DNA from: Squalus acanthias | Lineage: Eukaryota | Assembly: GCA_030390025.1 (NCBI GenBank) | Contig: CM059437.1 | Coordinates: 54,188,001-54,252,000 of the forward strand | Direction: 5' to 3' | DNA length: 64,000 bases | Shown here: piece by piece, positions 37,720 through 50,670 of the stretch | Layout: each line of letters opens with the position of its first letter | How positions within the stretch are numbered: position 1 is the first letter of the stretch | The notes under the pieces: model-generated | Told to the model about the DNA's origin: nothing | The model's input: the letters and a program-made list of their open reading frames with translations, nothing else | Databases searched by the model: none | Program-made: the position numbers and the translations under genes

Positions 37720-37845
37720 ACATAGAAACATAGAAACATAGAAGATAGAAGCAGGAGTAGGCTATTCGGCCCCTCGAGCCTGCTCCGCCATTTAATGAGA
37801 TCATGGCTGATCATCCAAATTCATACCCTGTCCCTGCTTTCTTCC
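37720..37845 (-). mobile_element. Short CR1 3' end fused to an inverted duplication
   Basis: (CATAGAAA)n tail followed by gcaggagtaggctattcggcccctcgagcctgctccgcc, as in other CR1 3' ends in the window. Confidence 0.85.
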
Positions 37846-38767
37846 AGTTTCCTATACACGTTTCTCACTGGATTTATACTAATAACTATTCCAATGTGTA
37901 TGCAATGACTAACCGAGGAATCCCTTGTGCTCCTACCACAAATAATTTCCTCGAGCTCCTCCTACTCCACGACGGTAACTTCGGCGAATGCACAGCAGAA
38001 ACCCCTCGTGTAAACTGCGGGGGTAAAATTGGTCTTGGGTCTTAGCGTAAAACAGGTAATAGCGATTGGTTAGCCGTTTTTACATGCTGCTGAAATATGC
38101 TGCCGATTCACTGGCCTGTTTTACTCAAACACCGAAGAACCACTTCATCCCCCGAGTTTCCAACTAACTACCCCACAAGTTACGGTGGAGTGGTAGAAGC
38201 CCAGAGAAAATTCCCAATGAACCATTGTGGTGGTGCTGTGTCCTATCCTTTATTGGATCAACAGATCCGAGAAACTATCAGACAGTGGTTTATCTGACAG
38301 ATGTTTATTAATTAATGATAACACACTGAGTAGTACATGAAAGTAAAACGCTTATTTTTGGTTGCTATTTTTAGAATAGGGTGCAATGGAATTTCGTACA
38401 ACGATTCACAATAACACGGCACAGCGGGATTTCAGCTTGCAGTTTTCCATATCAATCACAAGTCTAACAAACAACTGTGACATTTGACTCATTCACCCTT
38501 CGTCCTTCAATCCTTTGACATTCTTAATCTCACTGCTCCCTGTGAACCCAAGTACCGTTCTCAGCTCCATTAATAAAACTTCTCGCGAAAAGCTCCGTTT
38601 CCTCTTCCATATTTTTCTCACGACGTTTAACTCTCTATTCCAAGGCTTCCCAAATCTGGAATGCTGCTCCCACGGCACTTCTGATACCTCACTCACATTC
38701 CAGGGCAGGATAGAAGAAAAACTTCCCTATGTGATTGTCTATCATTCACTCACCTCCGACATCATCC

Positions 38768-38839
<72 letters not shown>

Positions 38840-39087
38840 CCTCATGCCAATAAGGACAGTGTACAAACTCCTTAACTCCTCGCTGTGTACAAATCAAATT
38901 TCAACTCATACTCTACTTAACCAATTCATTCTTCCCGAGGATCCCATAGCTATTAAACCGCTTACCGCCCTCAGCTTTCCCTTTCTATTGTAATCTTCAG
39001 GCTTCTAAAACCCAAGCCTGGGCTCATCTAATCGTTCCTCCTTGTCTCACCGCATTTTTTATTTTGCTGTATTCAATCATTCTCGTG
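37846..39087 (-). repeat. Inverted copy of the Ig upstream region at about 34945-36230
   Basis: Reverse complement aligns along its whole length with scattered mismatches; ORF 38515-38853(+) shares a long near-identical peptide with ORF 34881-35531(-). Confidence 0.92.
38768..38838. repeat. (TATC)n / (GATA)n microsatellite
   Basis: About 17 direct tetranucleotide repeats. Confidence 0.97.
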
Positions 39088-39199
39088 GAGACGCAAAGAG
39101 GTGTTTGGACACATTTGACGGTTTGCTACTTGAAAGAGTTTTGGTCGTGACAAATAATTATCAGGTTCCATTTCTCTTAGTTTTGATACCGCAACATTT

Positions 39200-40368
39200 A
39201 CAAGAGTTAATGCGGGCTGTACTGGCACGGGGCCTCGACCTCCAGCTTCACCGTCGGAGGCAGAGAGAAAATTGGAAAAAGTGGCCAGAGGGAGGAGGGC
39301 CAACAGGCCTGTCCACAGGAGACCTTACACTCCCAGTGTATTCCGGGAGCAGTTCTCATACATTCATCTGTCAGAGGAGCAGTGCATTAGAAGGCTCCCC
39401 TTCAGCAAGGAGGTGGTCACAGAGTTCTGCCACCTCCTGCAGCCAGAGCTCCAGCCTCAGCTCTCTCTTGGTGGCAGTGAAGGTCACAGTCGCTCTCAAT
39501 TTCTATGCCAGCAGCTCCTTTCAGGTTTCAACAGGGGATATTGCAAACATTTCACAGTTCGCTGTCCATTGCTGCATTCAGGAGGTCACAGATGCTCTAT
39601 GCAGAAGAAGAAGGGAGTACATCTCATTCCCCATGACCAGAGACAAGCAGCATGAATGCTCCTGGCTTTGCAAGGATAGTGGGCTTCCCCGTGGTTCAGG
39701 GCACCATTGACTGCACGTTCGTGGCATTGTGGGCACCTCATCACAATGCAGAGGTGTTCCACAACCGCAAAGGCTACCACTCTCTAAATGTGCAGTTGTT
39801 GTGCGGCCACAGACACCGCATCCTCGCAATCAATGCCCACAATGCTGACAGCAGCCATGATGCAATCATCCTGCGCCAGACTGGTGTCCCAGACCTGTTC
39901 CGAACACCGCATCAAGCTCGTGGTTGGCTCATCGGGGACAAGGGTTATCCACTCTGCACCTGGCTGTTGGCACACCTCCATAACCCCAAAACTCTTGCTA
40001 AGCATGCATACAATGAGAGCCATAGCGCCACCAAGAAACTGATCAAACAGACTATCGGCCTGCTAAAGCAATGGTACCACTGTCTTGACCACTTTGGAGG
40101 AGCCCTACGGTAATCCCCTGATCGAGTCTCCGTTTTCATTGTTGTGTGCTGCATGCTGCACAACCTGGCCATTCTGAGGGCACAGCAATTGCTACCAGGG
40201 ATTGCAGGTCCGCCTCAGGAGGAGGAAGAGGGAGAGGAGGAGGAGAAGGTGGAGGAGGAGGATGAAGAGGAGGAGGAACAACACCAACGTAGGAGGGCGC
40301 CACTCAATGTTACTTCTGCAAGGGCCGTTCATGAATGCCTCATTACACAGCGCTTCCAACAAATGTGA
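39200..40368 (+). pseudogene. Harbinger DDE transposase (HARBI1-like), disrupted
   Basis: GFPVVQGTIDCTFV...NRKGYHSLNVQ...SSHDAIIL...GWLIGDKGYP...AYNESH...IGLLKQW...CCMLHNLA plus acidic tail; frameshifts and a stop at 40111-40113. Confidence 0.9.
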
Positions 40369-40673
40369 TAGCAGATGGCATTTGGGCTGAACAACCACAT
40401 ATGACGAGCCAAAATTCCAAAGAGAAACATGACCAAGTTTGAAACGTCGAAATAAAAATGTATTATTCAGCACAACTCTATCTTATTAAACACAACCAAT
40501 AACAAACAAACGCAACAATTTATGCACAAACAGAACCGGTTCTAAGCAAACGGAAATACTTCTTACCAAACTGAACAATATATTTACAAATACATCAACT
40601 TTGCAAAAATATACTCCCCCCATGTGCTGGTCATGTGGCTTCACACAGGATAGCAGGTTCCCCATGGTTTTAT

Positions 40674-42351
40674 TTACTTGCCCTTCCTCAAAGATCTCCC
40701 TCCCCTTTGCAATTTCCCCCTCCCAACCCTACTGCTCCTCCATAATGCGGCCCCCGTGACTGCAGCAAGGCATGTGGAAGGCTGCTGTGTCTGGGAGCCA
40801 GAGACTGCAGATGGCCTTGCAGGACGTCCTCGACCAGCTCTGGGCCTGGAGGGCCCGGCTGCAGACTGCACCAACTGTGCATAGGCGGCAGCAGTCTGGG
40901 ATGGCTGGGAGACAGGCTGTGGCAACAGCAATGGCGGAGTGGCACTCGTGGGAGCAGGACAGCTGTCATCCTGAGAGAGGACAGCACCTTCCTGCTCATC
41001 CAACACACTGCCACTCCCCCGGCGCAGAACCTCAGCATCGGAGCTATCTGCTTGTGCACAGATCGCTGGCCTGCTGCGGCACTGTGACATCCCCGGTGGA
41101 CAGTGGGAAACCCAGATACAATGGCAGCAGTCAGCGCGTGCATGGCATCAATCTGAGACTGCATTTGAGCAGTCTGAGATTAGATGGCACCAACCAGTGA
41201 CTCCATTACATGAGTAAGCCGTCGCATTGCCTTGGCCTGTGCTGCAATAGATGCTGCCACCTCACCCATGACACGTGGCATGGGGTCTGGGTCCCCACGG
41301 TCTCCCTGAATTTCAACCATCCTCTGCAAAGTGCCATGCATGGGCTCGAGGATTTGCACACTGATGGCAGCAGTGCTGGAGGCGGACTGCTCCATGCTCC
41401 TAGCCAGTGTATCCATGCTCTCTGGCACCCTTAACATTGCACCCATAAGCTCAGTGTGCATGCTCATCGCCTGTGTGGTCATTGCCTCGAGATCGAGGTC
41501 CTCATCGAAGTCCTGTGCAGCAGAACTCGTGCGCATACTCACCATCCAGAGAGATGGCCCCCGAGCCTCCCTTCCCCCATAGCGTTGCTGCAGCCCCCTG
41601 GGCCCATGAGCTTCACCCACATCAGAGCGATTTCCTCTGCACCTCTCCTGTGACTGCATGGCCCCATTATCCAATGTGTCACCCTCGGGAGACGCAGGCA
41701 GTGAGGCTCCGGCTTGGTTTTCCTCCTCCTCTCCTGCATCGCTGCCACTGGGAGGCTGAAAGACAAGCTGTTCAGATGGTGGCTGATTATATGAAAGCAG
41801 TAAGAGACAAGAATGGGTTTAATGTGAGGGGAGAGGGGAAGGAAGGTAGAAAGGAATGGAGACAGTATACTTAGATGGAAAGTGGGAACGGCTCGTGCTG
41901 TGAGGGTGAAGTGGCATGAGAGAAAAAGGAGAGTTGATGAACATACCGTGCTGTCCCCAAGGGGATCGACCTCTCCAACTGCCACAGCGCCCAAGACATG
42001 GCTCCCGATGATGCTTCGCACTCGCTTCTCCAGCTGTGTAAGGAGGTGCATCTCCGCCTGACCTCTTCCCGTGCATAGCTGCTTCCTCCTGGCACGAGCA
42101 AACTTGTCCTGCAAGAAAAAGGACAGCGCGTGAGTGAGTGTGTTGCCATGTGTTTGGCACATGTGCCTACCATAGTCTGGTCAAGATGTACCGGGCCACC
42201 TCACTCCACATCCTTGTGAACTCCCGCGGCAATGACCTCCTGCCGTGTCTGGGAACAGCACTGCCCGTTGGTTTTCCACAGCCGCAACCAAAGCCTCCAA
42301 TGCCTGGTTGCTGAGCCGGCGAGCTCTCTCCCTGGGCCTGTGAGCATCCAT
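40674..42351 (-). pseudogene. Harbinger Myb/SANT-like accessory gene, multi-exon, disrupted
   Basis: RERARRLSNQALEALVAAVENQRAVLF and MWSEVAR motifs; exon 42108-41947 (ttgcag|...|gtatgt) encodes RRKQLCTGRG...LTQLEKRVRSIIG. Confidence 0.7.
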
Positions 42352-42719
42352 GAGATTCCAGGTTGAAGAATTCCACCTCCTTGCAGGCCAAATCAAAAGC
42401 AGCAATGATATAGGGTGAGGCTGTGCAGCATGACTGAATCGCCCCTTTAAGAACTGGAAGGCGTCAGTCTGTCTGAGTACTAGGTAATTGACAGCCCTTG
42501 AGCTTGAGTAGCGCTCTGAGGTAGCGCCCCGCTTCACGACGTTAGTACCCTTACAGAAGTGTGTAGCGCTTGATTTAGCGCTCCAATCACCTCCAGGGGC
42601 GCTAAAGCCGAATTTGCGATCGCCGGCGCTAATTTGCGCCGGGCGCTAAAGTATGCGGCCGGCCGATGTTAGCGCCCCAACATGGTCGACTCCGATTTTT
42701 TTCTTTTTGAATGGTGAAG

Positions 42720-43350
42720 CTGTAAAAGGTAGAGCAGGCTGTATCTCTTTCGTGAAGTACGATCAGGATCATATTGCAAAGCCCCTCCAAATCTGGCATG
42801 GTAGCTGAAGCTGCCTTTAAGTTCCTGATTGACAGCCCAATGACTAACCTAGTAGAGGCATTGTCTCCTAGCGGGGCTGCCGTGATGTTTTCGGGCCGTC
42901 CTTACTGGGAGAACAATCTATGTGAGCAGTGTCACCAGGAAACCATTCATGCACGAGATTTTCCCCCAGCCGCTTGAAGAGATGGGGAGGAGGCGAGTCA
43001 TGCAGTAGGAAGGTATTATGACAACTTCCATCATATTTGGTGTTGAGATGAAGGATTCTCTGCATTATGCCGAACACCATCTGCACGTTCTGGGATATGA
43101 AGCGCCTCGTGTTGATGCAGTTGAAGGGTTTCTTTTCTGTGGTAGTGTGCGAAGCAACATGCGTGCCATCGATTGCAGCCTTTGTGGAAACTACAACCCC
43201 GGAAAAGTAAATGGCCCTAACTTCTTTCTGCCTTGCTGATTCCAAAGGTCATGAGTTTGCCTACTCTCCTGTAAAGGATATCCACAACATAATGAATGAA
43301 CGGCCCATACTATTGCGCGGCTGATTGTCCAGAGATTCCTAACAGGCGCC
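42720..43350 (-). pseudogene. Older Harbinger transposase remnant
   Basis: ORF 42868-43245: AAIDGTHVA...INTRRFISQNVQMV...ILHLNTKYDGSCHNTFLL...WFPGD. Confidence 0.75.
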
Positions 43351-43354
43351 CAGA

Positions 43355-46300
43355 AGTAGGGAGTTCCAGGATTTTGACCCAGCGACGATGAAGGATCGGT
43401 GATATATTTCTAATCAGGCTGGTGTGTGACTTGGAGGGGAACTTGGAGGTGGTGGTGTTCCCATGCACCTGCTGCCCTTGTCCTTCTAAGTGGAAGAGGT
43501 GTTGAGTTTGGGAGGTGCTGCTGAAGAAGTCTTGGCGAGTTGCTGCAGTGCATCTTGTAGAAGGTACACACTGCAGCCACGGTACGCCGGTGGTGGAGGG
43601 AGTGAATGTTTAAGGTGGGGTGCCAATCAAGCGGTTGCTTTGTCCTGGATGGTGCCTAGCTTCTTGAGTGTTGTTGGAGCTGCACTCATCCAGGCAAGTG
43701 GAAAGTATTCCATCACACTCCTTACTTGTGCCTTGTAGATCGTGGAAAGGCTTTGGGGACTCAGGAGGTGAGACACTCACCACAGAATACCTAGCCTCTA
43801 ACCTGCCCTTGTTGCCACAGTATTTATGTGTCTATTCCAGTTAAGTTTCTGCTCAATGGTGACCCCCAGGATGTTGATGGTGGGGGATTCGTCGATGGTA
43901 ATACCGTTGTATGTAAATGGGAGGTGGTTAGACTCTCGCTTGTTGCAGATAGTCATTGCCTGGCACTTCTGTGGCACGAATGTTACCTGCCACTTATCAG
44001 CCCAAGCCTGAACGTCGCCCAGGTCTTGTTGCATGCGGACATGGACTGCTTCATTATCTGAGGAGTTGTGAATGGCGCTGAACACTGTGCAGTCATCAGT
44101 GAACATTCCCATTTCTGACCTTATGTTGGAGGGAAGGTCATTGGTGAAGCAGCTGAAGATGGTTGGACCTAGGACACTGCCCTGAGGAACTCCTGCAGCG
44201 ATGTCCTGGGGCTGTGATGATTGACCTTCAACCACCACAACCATCTTCCTTTGTGCTAGGTATGACTCTAGCCAGTGGAGAGTTTTACCCCCGATTCCCA
44301 TTGACTTCAGTTTTACTAGGGCTCCTTGATGCCACACTCGGACAAATGCTGCCTTGATGTCAAGGGCAGTCATTCTCACCTCACCTCTGGAATGCAGCTC
44401 CTTTGTCCATGTTTGGAACAAGGCTGTAATGTGGTCGGGAGCCGAGTGGTCTTGGCGGAACCCAAACTGGGCATCGGTGAGCAGGTTATTGGTGAGTAAG
44501 TGCCACTTGATTGCACTTTCGATGACACCTTCCATCACTTTGCTGATGATTGAGAGTAGACTGATGGGGCGATAATTGACTGGGTTGGCTTTGTCCTGCT
44601 TTTTGTGGACAGGACATACCTGGGCTGTTTTCCACATTGTCTGATAGATGTCAGTGTTGTAGCTGTACTGGAACAGCTTGGCTAGAGGCGCAGCTTGTTC
44701 TGGAGCACAAGCACGATAGCTGGGATGTTGTAGGGGCCCATAGTCTTTGCTGTATCCAATGCGCTCAGCCGTTTCTTGATATCACGTGGAATGAATCGAA
44801 TTGGCTGAAGACTGGCTTCTGTGATGGTGGGGACGTCAGGAGTAGGCCGATATGGATCATCCACTCGGCACTTCTGGCTGAAGATGGTTGCAAACGCTTC
44901 AGCCTTGTCCTTTGCCCTCACGTGCTGGGCTCCACCATCATTGAGGATGGGGATATTCATGGAGCCTGCTCCTCCCGTTAGTTGTTTAATGGTCCACCAT
45001 CATTCACAACTGGATGTGGCAGGACTGCAGAGCTTTGATCTGATCAGTTGATTGTGGGATCACTGAGCCCTGTCTGTAGCTTGCTGCTTCCGCTTTTTAG
45101 CATGCATGTAGTCCTGTGTTGCATCTTCCCCAGGTTGGCACCTCCTTTTTAGGTATGCCCTTCTACACTCCTTATTGAACCAGGGTTTGTCCCCTGGCTT
45201 GATGGTAAAGTGAGGGATATGCCGAGCCATGAGGTTACAGATTGTGGTGGAATACAATTCTGCTGCTGCCCCACGTGCCTCATGGATGCCCTGCTAGATC
45301 TGTTCTGAAGCTATCCCATTTAGCACAGTGGTAGTGCCACGGAACACGATGGAGGGTGTCCTCAGTGTGAAGACGGGACTTCGTCTCCACAATGACTGTG
45401 CGGTGGTCACTGCTACAAATACTGTCATGGACAGATGAGTCTGCGACAGGTAGATTGGTGAGGACAATGTCATGTAGGTTTTTCCCTTGTGTCGCAGACC
45501 CAGACTGGCAGTTATGTCGTTCAGGACTCGGCCTGCTCAGTCAGCAGTGGTGCTACCGAACCACTCGTGAAGAACATTGAAGTCCCCCACGCAGAGTACA
45601 TTCTGTGCCCCTGTTATTCTCAGTGCTTCTTCCAAGTGTTGTTCAATATGGAGGAGTACTGATTCATCAGTTGAGGGAGGGCAGCAGGAGGTTACCTTGC
45701 CCATGCTTAACCTGAAGGCATGAGACTTCATGGGGTCTCGACTCAATGCTGAGGCCACTCCTTCACCACTGTACCGCGACCCCTGCCGGTGGGACATGGC
45801 ATACCCAGTGATGGTGATGGAGGAGTTTGGGACATTGGCTGAAAAGTATGATTATGGCTGTTGCTTGACTAGTCTGTGGGACAGCTCTCCCAATTTTGTC
45901 ACAAGTCCCCAGCTGTTGGCGAGGAGGACTTTACAGGGTCGACTGGGCTGGGTATTCCATTGCCGTGTCCATAGCTGGTGCCGAGGTGGATGCCGGGTGG
46001 TCCGTCCAGTTTCATTCTTTTTATTGTTTTTCGTAGCGGTTTGTTACAACTGAGTGGCTTGTTAGGCCATTTCAGAGGGCAGTTAAGAGTCAACCACATT
46101 CCTGTGGGTCTGGAGTCACATATAGGTCAGATCAGGTAAGGATGGCAGATTTCCTTCCCTGAAGGACATTAGTGCACCAGATGGATTTTTACGACAATCC
46201 GATAGATTCATGGTTACCATTACCGATACCAGTAATTATTCCAGATTCATTTAATTAACTGAAATTATATTCCGCAGCTGCCGTGGTGGGATTTGAACTC

Positions 46301-46370
46301 ACGTCTCTGGATTTTAGTGCAGGCCTCTGGATTACCAGCCCAGTGATATCACCACTACGCTATCATTCCC
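43355..46370 (-). mobile_element. Near full-length LINE of the second family with a tRNA-like 5' head
   Basis: VGDFN endonuclease motif (45537-45797); RT ORF 43798-44637 ([32 protein letters not shown]); 5' end has A-box TAGCGTAGTGG and B-box GTTCAAATCC. Confidence 0.85.
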
Positions 46371-49061
46371 TATATATTGCCCTGTGCTATCAACGTTGAG
46401 GGCAGTTCATAGCCCATGAGAAATCAGTGTGAGTAGATGAGTGTGGCTGGAGGTCCAGCTGTATAGTGAGCCTATTCTCACGTCAGTAACAGAATTTAAT
46501 ATACTTGGCAAAAGAACCAGAGGGAAGGTGAGGAGAATTTTTTAATGTAACCAGCTCTTATGAGCTGGAATTCACTGCCTGAAAAGGTGGTGGAAGCAGA
46601 TTCAACAGTAACTTTCAAAATTGGATAAATACTTGAAAAGGAAAAATGTGTAGGGCTAGGGGGATGAAGCAGGGGAGTGGGGCTAATTGGATAGCTCTTT
46701 CAAAGAGCGGGCACAGGAACGATGGGCCGAATGGCCTGCTCCTGTTCTGTATGATTCTATAATTCTACGATTCAATGATTCTATAGAACACGGACACATT
46801 GTATCAAATAACATGAAGCGGATCTAATTGATTTATGCTTGAATCATGGATCTGTAATATTAACACAGGTTATCGAAGAATTAAAATGTTCCTTGCTCAG
46901 TCTAATTTTATTGCCATTTGATCTCGGGGTTTGGGCAACATTGGGTAAGTAATCCCAGGTGATTGAACCAGCGACCGTAAAAGAGCGGCGATATATATTC
47001 AAGTTAGGATAGTGCATGGCTTGAGGGGAACCTGGAGGTTACGGTGTTCGCACAACATTGTTGCTCTGATCCTTCTCAGTGAAGAGGTGGCAGGGAAGAG
47101 CAGTGCTATCAAATCTTTTGATTGCTGTTGAAGTACTTGTTTATTGTTGAGGCTGCACGCATTCAGACGAGTGGTGATTATTCCATCATACTGTTCACTT
47201 CAATCGATAGATCTTCGAGAGGCTTCCAGGAGTCGCAGAGAACCTAGCCTCAGCCCTGCTCTTGTAGCCATAGTTTTGCTACGACTGTTTCAGTTAATTT
47301 TCTGGCCTTTGGTAACCTACAAGTGGTGGATCGTGGGCTTTTGGGGAGTATGATTACAGCTACTGGAGATATTTCGTTTGAATTCCTCTGAGGTAGGAAG
47401 TCCTCTGGTCACTGTGTAATGCGATACCCTAAATGTTCGTGAGCATTGCCTCTAGTTAGTCTCTGCGAACGTAGAAGCTTAGAAGACGTTCTTTTAGATG
47501 GATTACGAGTTCACTCGCAATACTGATTGAGAGAATCTTCATCAACGAATTTACAATGTCCCACAAATCGTGATTAAATCAATTCCTAACCCGCCTGCAA
47601 ACAAGTTGACTGAGGAACACCTCGTGTTAACACAAAGCTAAACTCAGAGCCACCAATGCATACTGCACAATTCTGGAACGAAATAAAACATTAGTCCCTC
47701 TCACAAAAACAGTATTGGTCATGTTCAATACAGATAGGGTGAGGGTCACTATTGCTGGCTTTGCTCTCACTATTATAGGGACCCAATCTTGCTGACTTCT
47801 TTAAATCCCATGATTACTTGTAACCCTGTGTTGTGTTACGTTATTTTCTGCACTTTACTTGTCAAATATGTAAATGATTGAGAAAGTCGATCGATGTCTG
47901 TTTATGCACAAACATTCTTGCAGGTGAGGATGATGAGCATGCTGTGGTTTGGACCATCTGTATCTGTATGGGGTTGTTGTGTTTTTTTTTATTCTCGTTA
48001 ACCTAAACATGGATTTATATATTCGATTCAGACTGTTCACGCTGTGTCACATTGTGTGGTATCCCGGGCGAGGAGAAGACACTACTTGGCTTCCTGTGGC
48101 TCTACTAGGAAGCCAGTTTGAGGACATACTGAGCTGGACCTTTGCACTCTTTGAAGGTCAGACTGCTGCTTGTTACCTTTTAGTATTTTACACGAGATGT
48201 ACTGCTTGGTTTCAGTGTCTCATCAGCGAACCACCCTCCTCAAGGAAGCACAGGGCGTCTGTATCTGCCACATTTTTAAATGCAAATAATGTGCCCCGGA
48301 ATGAGCATACAACTCTTTTGCTCTATTTCACTTTACCCTGCTCAATTTCTTTGTTATTTGGAGAAACTTTCGCAGTTTCAGGTAAATGTGCTCAACAGCG
48401 ACACTGCTGGTCAGAGAAGGGACATCTCTTTCAAATTGTCTCCAACCGCAGTGATTCGAAACAAAATTGTTTGCTGTCTGACTGCACATGGCGAGTGCAG
48501 CTAATTGAAAGAAAATAAAATCTAAGGCAGGCATTATCGGTTTATCTTAGTAGGGGACGGAATGACTATGTGCAACCACGTATTGTGATTGGAAAAACTC
48601 TTAAACTTCGTGTTCTCGGTACATTTGAAGTCAGGTCAACATTAATTTTGGCACTGAATACAATGTGATGTTATACTGTTATTTAAACAGATTCTCACTA
48701 CATGTAATTGCAGGGAATCTAAGCCCTTCCAACTTGTTCCGGCTTTCGGTTAGATCATGATTGATCTGCACCTGACTTCCATTTGCTCGCCTTTGTTCCG
48801 TATCTCATGATATTCTTACCTAACAAAATAAACTATGGAGCACAGTCTTGAAAATGCTAATTGACCCTTTATCCACATACACTCCAGATGGGGTCTAAAC
48901 AAGACTGTGTACAACTAAAACATTACACCTTCACTTTTTAATTCCAATCCCCTTGGGATATTGTTCAACATTCCAATAGCCTCTTTGATCACTTTTTGCA
49001 CCTGTACACTAGTTTTTAGTGATTTGTTTACATGGGCACCTAAATCCGTTTGCTCATCAAA

Positions 49062-49290
49062 AGAAAATAAGAACATAAGAAATAAGAGCAGGAGTAGGCC
49101 ATACGGCCCCTCGAGCCTGCTCCGCCATTCAATAAGATCATGGCTGATCATCGGCCTCAACTCCACTTTCCCGCCCGATCTCCATATCCCTTCATTCGTC
49201 TAGAGTCCAAAAATCTATGTAATCTCAGCCTTCAATATACTCAAAGAATCAGCATTCACAGCCCTCTGGGGCAGAGAATTCCAAACATTC
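49062..49290 (-). mobile_element. Short CR1 3' end insertion
   Basis: (ATAAGAAC)n-like tail plus CR1 3' UTR; absent from the paralogue at about 29295. Confidence 0.8.
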
Positions 49291-50664
49291 ACTAATCATC
49301 CACAGCTCCAAGTCTCTCATCATTAAGCAATTATTCTGATTTGTCATTCTCAAGCCCAAAGCGGATGACTTCATGTTTCCCCACATTGAGCTACATTTGC
49401 CATAATTTTTCCCATTCACTTAGTCTATCTATGTTACCTCCACCGCAGTTCCAAACAACTTAACGTGCCTCCTAAGTTAGTGTGATCTGCAAATTCGAAA
49501 AGCTGCGATCACTGACCTGATTCCAAGGGAATACCAATTATCACATCCAGCCAATCAGAGAATGAATCCTTTATCCCTACTCACTATCTCCTACTTCCCA
49601 AGCAATTACCAACCCATAACTTCAAATAATTTATTCATTTGATCAGTAGGCAGTTATCTTATATTTATGCCTCCTTGTTCTGGACTCACCCACAGTGGAA
49701 ACAGTTTCTACACGTCCCCGTACCGCATTCTATCATAATTTTAAACCCTCTATCAAATCTCGTAAGACTTCTCTTTTCCAGATAAAAGAGCCCACCTATT
49801 TCTTTTTCCTGATAGTTGCATTCTCCCATTTCTAGTAACAACCTTGTAAATATTTTCAGCACTTTCTCCAGTCCTCCGATATCAATTGTGTAGTATGGAA
49901 GTTAGAACTGAGCACAGTTCTATATAAATCTAACACTAACCACCTGCTTTTGTATTCTATTACTCTAGAAATGAAGCAACACTTTGTTTACATTTTTTAT
50001 GCCCTTAACAACTTGTGTTGCTACTTTTAGCGATTGAAGAATTTTTACTCCTAAATCAGTCTGAACAACGGAGACGATGTACTAAGGGGATACCGTACCC
50101 GAGTGTGTGATTAGTGTGAAGCTCAATTAAAAAAACGCGACTCTATTCTGAGCTGGTTTCAGTCAAAGGCTTGACAGAATCTGTAGTTATGACGCTTTGA
50201 CTTGCTGCTAATAGCACCTGTTTCAATATAACCATTATTGACCAATGATTAAACTCATCGGATAGTTTTGAAAAAATCGTACGATTGCAGAAACTGGACC
50301 GCTGTAGGTCCAGGATGTATAAAAGGGAGGCGGTCCGAGGTTTTCCCTGAATTTGTGTAACCAGATGATTTAGAAGAACTTACACCACGTGGTTTGAATT
50401 ATTGTTATAAGCACGGATGAAATTCAGCCAGGTCTATTTTTAAAACTATGTTGTAAGATTATTTTCACGAAATGTTAAATTAAAGTTATACATCGTGTAT
50501 CTAATCTCACAATTCCGACTGATTTCACTGACATTACATAAAATGTGCAGAATGTCACAATGAATTAAAGCTCAGAATTTTGTCACATTTTGAAAGTTGC
50601 TATGAATTACTTCAGGGGTAACGAACAGGAAAGAAACATAGCACCTGAGATAATGGAAAGTCAT

Positions 50665-50670
50665 TTTATT
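50665..50670 (-). terminator. Polyadenylation signal AATAAA, cluster 3
   Basis: AATAAA on the minus strand about 215 nt after the stop; same position conserved in cluster 1 (575-580). Confidence 0.7.

Larger units (their letters stand above)
37358..42705. mobile_element. Near-complete PIF/Harbinger DNA transposon nested in the older relic
   Basis: Convergent transposase (+) and Myb/SANT-like (-) genes; clustered TAGCGCC/GGCGCTA subterminal motifs at both ends (37380-37560, 42500-42680); left arm also present at about 61102-61610. Confidence 0.85.

Noticed and set aside
39200-40368. Possible domesticated HARBI1 gene or RAG-like transposase next to Ig genes
   Set aside because: Motifs are PIF/Harbinger, not Transib/RAG. 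The ORF is broken and lies inside a transposon with its Myb-like partner.
46270-46370. Possible tRNA gene
   Set aside because: A and B boxes are present but I cannot fold a canonical cloverleaf, and the sequence is contiguous with a retroelement.
47949-48518. 189-aa ORF in the duplicated non-TE block
   Set aside because: Non-ATG start, no recognisable domain, and the frame is broken in the paralogue at 27817-28278.
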